Below, in pieces: positions 58,375 to 64,000 of a DNA stretch of 64,000 bases. Below the pieces are notes generated by a model. The model saw nothing but the letters and a program-made list of their open reading frames with translations, ran no database searches and was not told the DNA's origin. This DNA is from a virus (Duplodnaviria > Caudoviricetes). Position 1 is the stretch's first letter. Each line of letters opens with the position of its first letter. The stretch lies in the IMG/VR virus record IMGVR_UViG_3300048670_001253, positions 1,619-65,618 of that record; one strand, given 5' to 3'. A program made the position numbers and the translations under genes.

Positions 58375-58610
58375 CGGTATGAATCCACAGGGTTATGGTG
58401 AATATAGAATGCACGGTGCCTAATATAAGATTCTGAGGCGTGTCTTAAAGTAGTTTCCGCCCGGAGCTGATTAGCATAGGAAGGATCGCTAGTATACTTA
58501 TCGGCCGCTTCCTTAAATTCACTCACATTTTCAAGATAGGTTTGATAATACATCTCGCTAAGACGCTCAAGAGTCTCAATATCCAGTCCGCTCGCAGTTG
58601 TGTCGCTCAT
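58371..58610 (-). CDS. hypothetical early protein
   Basis: motif 58646. Confidence 0.65.
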   Translation of the reverse strand: MSDTTASGLDIETLERLSEMYYQTYLENVSEFKEAADKYTSDPSYANQLRAETTLRHASESYIRHRAFYIHHNPVDSYR

Positions 58611-58669
58611 CTTTTTACCCTTTGGTGTTGGTGTTACGAAACGAAACCGTACCAGAGACTATCCCGATT

Positions 58670-59023
58670 CTATTCGAAACTCTTCAATAGGACTACGTTT
58701 GGAAGACTATTCCAAATATTGCTGGGGTATTCGCAACTATTGTTTAATATGGGTTCACCACTAATATACCAGACGAAATCTTTCTGGTATAGAATTCGTG
58801 CTTCACAAAATTTACGAAGGATACTATTCAATCTGCTCTTAGTGGTGCTTGTGGAGTATCCCTGATTATTGATCCTTACAGTCTGATCAGTAATCTCAGC
58901 AATATGGTGACCGAATAAAAATACATCAATCACATCCCCATTTACTTCAACCTTAGTATTGCTGCAAGAATAATTCTTTTTATTCAAGATTGCATGGATC
59001 ATACCTTGTTCAATCTTACGCAT
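58670..59023 (-). CDS. conserved phage early hypothetical protein
   Basis: MRKIEQ.M..AI, TSTTKSRLNSIL, YQKDFVWY; GGAG RBS; motif 59058. Confidence 0.75.
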   Translation of the reverse strand: MRKIEQGMIHAILNKKNYSCSNTKVEVNGDVIDVFLFGHHIAEITDQTVRINNQGYSTSTTKSRLNSILRKFCEARILYQKDFVWYISGEPILNNSCEYPSNIWNSLPNVVLLKSFE

Positions 59024-59170
59024 CTTTTTCTCCAAGAGAAGGTCGGGACAAACCACAACCGTACCAGAGACTAAATCATTTCTCTCTCAAAAATATTTTC
59101 CCAGTTTATAATAGTATATACCTATAGATTAACAATGACGTTAATCATGTTTTTTTAAAAGGAGTTTATT

Positions 59171-59623
59171 ATGAGTGCAACAACAACAGAAGGCACAGGT
59201 TTAGGAATGGCCCCTAACCAAGTATCTTTAACAGTAGCTGGCCCACATATCGTAGCCGCCGGAACAGTTAGAACGGGACAGCCAGGAGCAGACGGACAAT
59301 CTAATGACTGGTGGATTACAGTCGATCTAGATCAAGTATTACCTTTAAGCCCAAGTAATTATGCCGTAATGATTACACAAAGTGACGAATCAGGTCATTT
59401 AGGTGGCCCAGATGGTCAGAGATCAAACAACCCACCACATATCGAGAAATTCGTTAAGGTTAACGGGGATCGTTATAACTACTGGGGTATTGATGATGAG
59501 TTCGAAAGCTATGCTAATTGGAACAACAATGGTTTAGCTGGTTTCGTTGTCCACTGCGGACACCCTGACCCAAAGACTATTGATTATGTTGTCGTAAGAA
59601 CCGGTTTTTTAAGAACTAACTGA
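59171..59623 (+). CDS. hypothetical protein, late-type transcription unit embedded in the early array
   Basis: AAGGAG RBS, upstream TATAAT/TATATA, own terminator. Confidence 0.8.
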   Translation: MSATTTEGTGLGMAPNQVSLTVAGPHIVAAGTVRTGQPGADGQSNDWWITVDLDQVLPLSPSNYAVMITQSDESGHLGGPDGQRSNNPPHIEKFVKVNGDRYNYWGIDDEFESYANWNNNGLAGFVVHCGHPDPKTIDYVVVRTGFLRTN

Positions 59624-59649
59624 ATTTAACTAAAAACACTTTTGGTGTT

Positions 59650-59681
59650 AACCCCAAGACTAACCCTCTTGGGGTTTTTTA
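59650..59681 (+). terminator. intrinsic terminator
   Basis: AACCCCAAGA/TCTTGGGGTT stem plus T-tract. Confidence 0.85.
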
Positions 59682-59821
59682 TTATACCTTCCTGATTATC
59701 CTATCGTATTCTTCTATCAACTCCAAAGCAGAGATATTATATTCTTCTGCGTAGTCCCTTGCTTTATCCTTGTTTGGACTCAGCATACTCATTGGAGAAT
59801 TTAAAGTTTTAAGAATAAACC

Positions 59822-60052
59822 TTATACTTTGTTCTTTTGAGAGATCTGCCAATTTTTATGCTCCACAACTACGTCAATGTTATTACGAAGAAGATTATCA
59901 GGCGCAGTATCACAATACAAACTAATCATCTCAAGAATATCATCAAGACTATTCCTAAGAAGATTATCATTGGTTAAACTCTTTGAATAAGAAAGTTTAG
60001 CAGCAATCTTACAAAAGAGTAGTGCATCTTCCTTGTCCATAGAGCCTACCAT
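59822..60052 (-). CDS. hypothetical protein
   Basis: downstream of the HTH gene in the same unit. Confidence 0.55.
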   Translation of the reverse strand: MVGSMDKEDALLFCKIAAKLSYSKSLTNDNLLRNSLDDILEMISLYCDTAPDNLLRNNIDVVVEHKNWQISQKNKV

Positions 60053-60267
60053 TGTGGCACCTTTGCTCCCTTAGCACGAAGTTTATGGCACCGCTGCCTT
60101 ACTGCTTGAGGACTAATCCCCAATTCATTTGCAACGCTAATACTGTTTCCACCGTTCTTAACGGCTTCCACAATAGCTTTAAGAAAAACATCAAGACTGA
60201 TTCTTTTGTTCTTCTTAGGAAGATCGTCGTTATCGTCGTCATCAAAACTGAGTTCAATATCAAACAT
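60046..60267 (-). CDS. small HTH protein, divergent paralog with acidic N-terminus
   Basis: ISLDVFLKAIV...GGNSISVANELGISPQAVRQRCHKLRAKG; GGAG RBS; motif 60297. Confidence 0.75.
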   Translation of the reverse strand: MFDIELSFDDDDNDDLPKKNKRISLDVFLKAIVEAVKNGGNSISVANELGISPQAVRQRCHKLRAKGAKVPQW

Positions 60268-60313
60268 CTATTCTTTCTCCGTGGTGACAACCCAACACCG
60301 TACCAGAGACGAT

Positions 60314-60514
60314 TCAAAGACTGGAAGTTTCCTCGTCCCTTTGCTCTACCGGACTTTGCCACTCATCTTTTAACTGCCCATAGTATAACTTTTCAATCCA
60401 TACTTCTGGGCCATGTTTATTTCTGGCAAATTTAACAGCATCCCATTCACTATATGCTGATACATAGTCAGCTATACGATTATTCTTCCAAACCCGCCAA
60501 GTATGTTTTTCCAT
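60314..60514 (-). CDS. hypothetical protein
   Basis: TATAAT just upstream. Confidence 0.55.
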   Translation of the reverse strand: MEKHTWRVWKNNRIADYVSAYSEWDAVKFARNKHGPEVWIEKLYYGQLKDEWQSPVEQRDEETSSL

Positions 60515-60553
60515 TCCCCTATTATAATTTAATCTGGGGTTATTGTCAAGGAT

Positions 60554-60748
60554 TTAATGTCCACTAACAATATCTTTTATAGCGGCGCTACACTCTTGAA
60601 TGTTAAATCCATTATCCCATGCTTCGAATACTGTACTCTCAATAACTTCGTTATCCCAATATATTTCGTATTCATAATATTCAAGATCATAATACTCTTT
60701 TACTCGAGCATAATAATCAGTGAATTCTTTTTTACTTCGCATCGTCAT
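60554..60748 (-). CDS. hypothetical protein
   Basis: coupled ORF. Confidence 0.5.
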   Translation of the reverse strand: MTMRSKKEFTDYYARVKEYYDLEYYEYEIYWDNEVIESTVFEAWDNGFNIQECSAAIKDIVSGH

Positions 60749-60945
60749 ATGCGTTTTCGTGTGTAGAAAGCGTGCTCTTTGGCTGAGTCCCTACGTTCTA
60801 GCATACTATCTGCCATAGAGTAAGCAATCACACTAATCTCATCAATCTCAAAGGCTTGAGATTGTGCAGTCATAATAGCCTGCATGGCTAGTCCGGCAAA
60901 ATAATCTCTGAGACTAATGTGACTATTATCTTTATCTTGTAACAT
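60745..60945 (-). CDS. conserved phage hypothetical protein (LRDYFA motif)
   Basis: ISLRDYFAGLAMQA...AYSMADSML. Confidence 0.75.
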   Translation of the reverse strand: MLQDKDNSHISLRDYFAGLAMQAIMTAQSQAFEIDEISVIAYSMADSMLERRDSAKEHAFYTRKRI

Positions 60946-61320
60946 TTAGACTCCACTCTTAAGAGCCCGATTAGTAGCAATCTTCACACCAAGTTTACGA
61001 TTAAACATTCCACCACTAGGAACATTAAACTTACCCCTCAGATCACGACCATCAGGAGTAGTAATCTCCACAAGTGTAAAGCCACCTTTGCAACTAAGTT
61101 CCCAAATTCCCAGGCGAACATTATTGTATTGTTCATATTCACGCTTGCTCATGATCTCATGAACAATCTCTGGGAAGTTAAGAGTGTTATTATAAACCCG
61201 TCCGTGATAAACACGAACCTTATAACCAGTCTTACGAAGAACTTCTACGTTTGGCATTTCAATTTTATTCATAGTGGTCATTGGTGTGTTCCTATATTTA
61301 CCAAGGGCGGGCTGGATCAC
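60946..61320 (-). CDS. hypothetical protein (start probably about 61280)
   Basis: GYKVRVYH, KGGFT.VEI, FNRKLGVKIA. Confidence 0.65.
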   Translation of the reverse strand: MIQPALGKYRNTPMTTMNKIEMPNVEVLRKTGYKVRVYHGRVYNNTLNFPEIVHEIMSKREYEQYNNVRLGIWELSCKGGFTLVEITTPDGRDLRGKFNVPSGGMFNRKLGVKIATNRALKSGV

Positions 61321-61483
61321 GACGATGTTTCTTTTTCTTATTCATCACAGAGTTTACAATATTGGTTTTAACCTTATTGAACTCTTTGATTGCTTCTGGA
61401 AGTTTCTCTTCAAACTTTGAAATCACAAAGTCTTTTTTATTATTAAGCCAACTCTTATTAAACCAGTCAGGCAACGGATTCAT
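61298..61483 (-). CDS. hypothetical protein
   Basis: TAATG coupling to the upstream ORF. Confidence 0.5.
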   Translation of the reverse strand: MNPLPDWFNKSWLNNKKDFVISKFEEKLPEAIKEFNKVKTNIVNSVMNKKKKHRRDPARPW

Positions 61484-61806
61484 TATAGATCCCTCTTTCT
61501 ATTTACATCAGTAACAGTGTGATTATACTCTATTCCAGATTCTCTGCAATAACGGCTGACATAATAATAACTGGTCAAACGATCAAGAAAACCATTATCA
61601 ACAAGCCACTTACTGGCATTGTATTCCCATTGATCCCCATACCCATAAGTAAAAGGAATCTTATGAACCATACGGTCGTTCACCCAGATTTCACAAGTAT
61701 GGTAGGTATTACCATAGCTACGTTGAAACCAGCGACGAGCAAGAAGATAGATCGTCTTAACTTCAACAAAACTGGTCAGGAGTTTTTCTTTTGTGATTGT
61801 TTCCAT
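61483..61806 (-). CDS. hypothetical leaderless early protein
   Basis: ATG 8 nt after TACGGT (61815); RWFQRSYGNTYH, YGYGDQW. Confidence 0.75.
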   Translation of the reverse strand: METITKEKLLTSFVEVKTIYLLARRWFQRSYGNTYHTCEIWVNDRMVHKIPFTYGYGDQWEYNASKWLVDNGFLDRLTSYYYVSRYCRESGIEYNHTVTDVNRKRDL

Positions 61807-61830
61807 GACTGTTCACCGTACCAAAGGGAA

Positions 61831-62115
61831 TGCGGCCTCCGGGAATCGAACCCGGAACCTAGAGGTTAACGTACTACTTCAGTTTTCACTGCCCTTGCGG
61901 TTTGTAGTCTGGACTTTACCTTCACCATTGTTTTTCAACTTTAGGTGCTGCCCGTCAAGTCTCTACACCTTCCTAAAATTAAAAAATAATCTTAGGCTTG
62001 GCTCGGTATTAGCAGTTAAGCCTTCACCGAATTTGAGCAGTTCTACTCCAAAAGTTTCCTTTTAGGCACTCTTAATTTCAAAAGCCCCTTGCTCTACCAA
62101 TTGAGCTAAAGCCGC
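61831..62115 (-). tRNA. tRNA-Lys(UUU) split by a group I intron (exon 1 62115-62082, exon 2 61869-61831); CCA not encoded
   Basis: spliced 73-nt cloverleaf GCGGCTT...AGGGG-CT-TTT-AA-CCTCT...CCGGG-TTCGATT-CCCGG-AGGCCGC-A. Confidence 0.92.
61870..62081 (-). ncRNA. ORF-less group I self-splicing intron, 212 nt, between anticodon positions 34 and 35
   Basis: P1 with U34-G wobble (CTT|TT pairs with AAGAG); core elements AAATTCGGTGAA, GCTAATACCGAG, GTAGAGACTTGACG, AAGGTAAAGTCC; terminal omega-G at 61870. Confidence 0.9.
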
Positions 62116-62203
62116 AACTAAAACACAACCGTACCAAAAACAAAACAACCCGTCAACCCCCTCCCCTCCCCACATTAAAGGGGAGGGGAGAAGATTAAAC
62201 AGA

Positions 62204-62458
62204 TCACTCAACCCCAAGAGAGGCGAGGATAGCAGCGGCCCGCTCCGCAGTATTACTAACCCGGCCCGAACCCTCAAAGCGAGGGATATTCAGACCATGC
62301 TTCTTGCGAAGCTGTGAGAGACGAACCGACACCGAACCGGGAACAATTCCCAGAGCATCGGCAACATCCTGCACACTACCACCAGCCCGCTGCGTCTCAA
62401 TGACACAGGTGAGAAACTTCTCAAGAGAAACACCGGCCTGTCCAACTGCACGACCCAT
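62204..62458 (-). CDS. 84-aa HTH protein, paralog 3
   Basis: 9 aa differences from paralog 2; AGGAG RBS; motif 62526. Confidence 0.85.
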   Translation of the reverse strand: MGRAVGQAGVSLEKFLTCVIETQRAGGSVQDVADALGIVPGSVSVRLSQLRKKHGLNIPRFEGSGRVSNTAERAAAILASLGVE

Positions 62459-62626
62459 AATAATTAAACTCCTGCTTTAAACAACCCTGACTTCCCGACT
62501 CACGTTGAATCGGGCTTAACCCTAAACCGTACCAGAGAGAAACATCAACCTGCGAAACTCTGATTAACTACTTTGAACTTCCTTTTTTAACTTCGTCCGA
62601 AGTTACATGAATTAAACCAACTTTGG

Positions 62627-62881
62627 TCAGGAATTATTGGAGAGTTCACATTCAAGTCTTGAAATCTTATCCTGAAGTTTTAGAAACTGATTGTAAAGTT
62701 TTTTATCGACAAAACACAAGTCTTCATCTTCACCATCATACTCTAATGAAATATCAATGCTGTTAACAATTCTAAGAGCTAGTTTTGCTAGTTTTTTATT
62801 TGACGTTTCAATTTGAGTCTTTATTTTATTTTTCTTATAATCAGGCTCAAACGAAGAAAGCATCTCATTTTTATTCTTCAT
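62627..62881 (-). CDS. hypothetical protein
   Basis: ATGA coupling. Confidence 0.55.
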   Translation of the reverse strand: MKNKNEMLSSFEPDYKKNKIKTQIETSNKKLAKLALRIVNSIDISLEYDGEDEDLCFVDKKLYNQFLKLQDKISRLECELSNNS

Positions 62882-63366
62882 ATCTTCGCCAAACTACCTA
62901 GAAACAATTCTTTTTCACTATAGAGAAGATTTTGGTATTCATTAGCAAAAACAGGGAGTTTCCCTTCATCGTTAATAACATCCATACTCACATAATCACT
63001 TCCCTGCATACCCTGTTCGCTATAACCAACTTTACTTAGTGCTTTTCCACTAAAACCAAGTTCAATCAAACTCTTTCTGAATGTAGCGAACCAGAGCTTA
63101 TCGGTATAGATCAATCCATTCTTATTAACATTCCAAGTTCTTTTATCCCAATAGGCTCTTAATTCAAAACTACCCTGGCTATAGTAATAGAAAAAATTGC
63201 TTGGCTGGGCTACAACTAAATCTAACTTAACAATACGAACATCTTTATCAACCCGATTCCAGAAGCCTTCACCATCAGTAGTGGTAATAAAGTCTACAGG
63301 TCGTTCATAGTGATACAAGTTCGTGTAAGGTTGAGATTCAATTCGGGGAATTGGCTTTAGTTTCAT
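62878..63366 (-). CDS. conserved large-phage hypothetical protein
   Basis: TDGEGFW, GLIYTDK.W, YSEQGMQG.DYVSMDV. Confidence 0.75.
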   Translation of the reverse strand: MKLKPIPRIESQPYTNLYHYERPVDFITTTDGEGFWNRVDKDVRIVKLDLVVAQPSNFFYYYSQGSFELRAYWDKRTWNVNKNGLIYTDKLWFATFRKSLIELGFSGKALSKVGYSEQGMQGSDYVSMDVINDEGKLPVFANEYQNLLYSEKELFLGSLAKI

Positions 63367-63604
63367 TTTTAAAAATTTAGTTTTTACACACTATATTATA
63401 GTGTGTTCTTTCTACCGTAAGATACTTGGTTCAAGATTAACTATTTTGGTTGAACATTACACAAAAAATGAATCCCAAATTCAAGACACTTGACTAGTCA
63501 AGAAAACAGTTATCATAATTTGGTTAATAACAATACAAACAAGGGCTTCTATCAACAAGCCTATTGTGGATAACCGCAAGGTTAAATCACAAGCCCAAAG
63601 CCCT

Positions 63605-63865
63605 TTAGGGATTGGGTAGTTGATTTAAATAACCGTTTAGGTATTCGATTAAAGTTTTTAAAGTAGACGTAGAAGCACTGAACCCAACACTAGTATCCTT
63701 CACATCATTGTAAATTACCACAAAGTGCTTATCTGGACTAATATAGGGAGGCTCATTATTTGAATACATCTCAACACTGAGCTTATTCACACTATCAAAA
63801 ACAAAGGTTTCAGATCTACTCATCTGACTGCTCCGTAGGAAACATAAGATCAAAACAAACCCCAC
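63605..63865 (-). CDS. hypothetical protein (start uncertain)
   Basis: 86-aa ORF. Confidence 0.45.
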   Translation of the reverse strand: MGFVLILCFLRSSQMSRSETFVFDSVNKLSVEMYSNNEPPYISPDKHFVVIYNDVKDTSVGFSASTSTLKTLIEYLNGYLNQLPNP

Positions 63866-64000
63866 AAGTATGACTAATCAATAATTCCCTAGAATCTTCA
63901 CTCAATTCAGGAAACAAATCCTGAATGAATCCCTTGCCACTTTTCCAAGCAACATACTTCTTGGGATTAACGGTGACACTGTGTGAACTTCCACAGAGTC

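Larger units (their letters stand above)
48637..62540 (-). promoter_or_regulatory. dispersed repeated early-promoter motif TCT(A/G)GTACGGT (extended -10), 35 copies
   Basis: + strand ACCGTAC starts at 48637, 48672, 48943, 49333, 49914, 50090, 50301, 50636, 50911, 51188, 51495, 52005, 52306, 52527, 52934, 53183, 53527, 53781, 54101, 54555, 54912, 55228, 55965, 56313, 56612, 56830, 57256, 57897, 58003, 58646, 59058, 60297, 61815, 62128, 62526 (manual count). Confidence 0.85.

Noticed and set aside
50596-59056. ORF-track N-terminal extensions (to 50658, 52933, 55226, 59056)
   Set aside because: They run through the promoter motif; RBS position and paralog alignment support the downstream ATGs.
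48637-62540. CRISPR array or integron attC cassette array
   Set aside because: The repeat is only about 11-13 nt and the spacing is irregular (35 to over 1500 nt) with whole genes between copies. There is no attC-type long palindrome and no cas or intI gene in the window. The fixed distance to leaderless ATGs fits a promoter.
48637-62540. ECF-sigma-type CGTA -10 read on the + strand
   Set aside because: That orientation is opposite to nearly all adjacent genes and to the tRNA.
1-64000. Alternative genetic code (TAG/TGA recoding), as in some large phages
   Set aside because: Long intact ORFs tile the window in code 11, and TAG, TGA and TAA all terminate genes at sensible points.

Overview
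The window looks like part of a very large (jumbo/huge) lytic tailed-phage genome using the standard genetic code. A Planctomycetota-like host is inferred only from host-like genes such as the FHA protein. There are two regimes. (1) About 1-48.35 kb is AT-rich and carries late or accessory genes, often preceded by TATATA/TAAATA boxes. These include about 7 glycosyltransferase-like genes, 2OG-Fe(II) oxygenases, Thr/Pro-rich mucin-like structural proteins, an S8 protease, two CCA/poly(A)-polymerase-family nucleotidyltransferases (one with degenerate catalytic motifs), a stand-alone HD hydrolase, a 2H phosphoesterase, a UvrD-like helicase, MscL, SET, FHA and caspase-like proteins, and tRNA-Thr(UGU). 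About 11 of these proteins begin with a peptide resembling the T4 capsid-targeting sequence. (2) About 48.4-64 kb is a minus-strand array of small genes and ncRNAs, most with their own copy of a conserved motif, TCT(A/G)GTACGGT. I counted 35 ACCGTAC copies by hand on the + strand, and spacing to leaderless ATGs and to a tRNA 5' end indicates an extended -10 promoter. The array holds a five-member HTH paralog family, a stand-alone NusG-KOW-like protein, several structured or tRNA-like RNAs, a LAGLIDADG endonuclease, and a CCA-less tRNA-Lys(UUU) split by a 212-nt group I intron. The best candidates for new systems are the promoter-cassette/HTH early regulon and a putatively capsid-packaged tRNA-repair/anti-defence kit. 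No database searches were run; family calls come from motif recognition.
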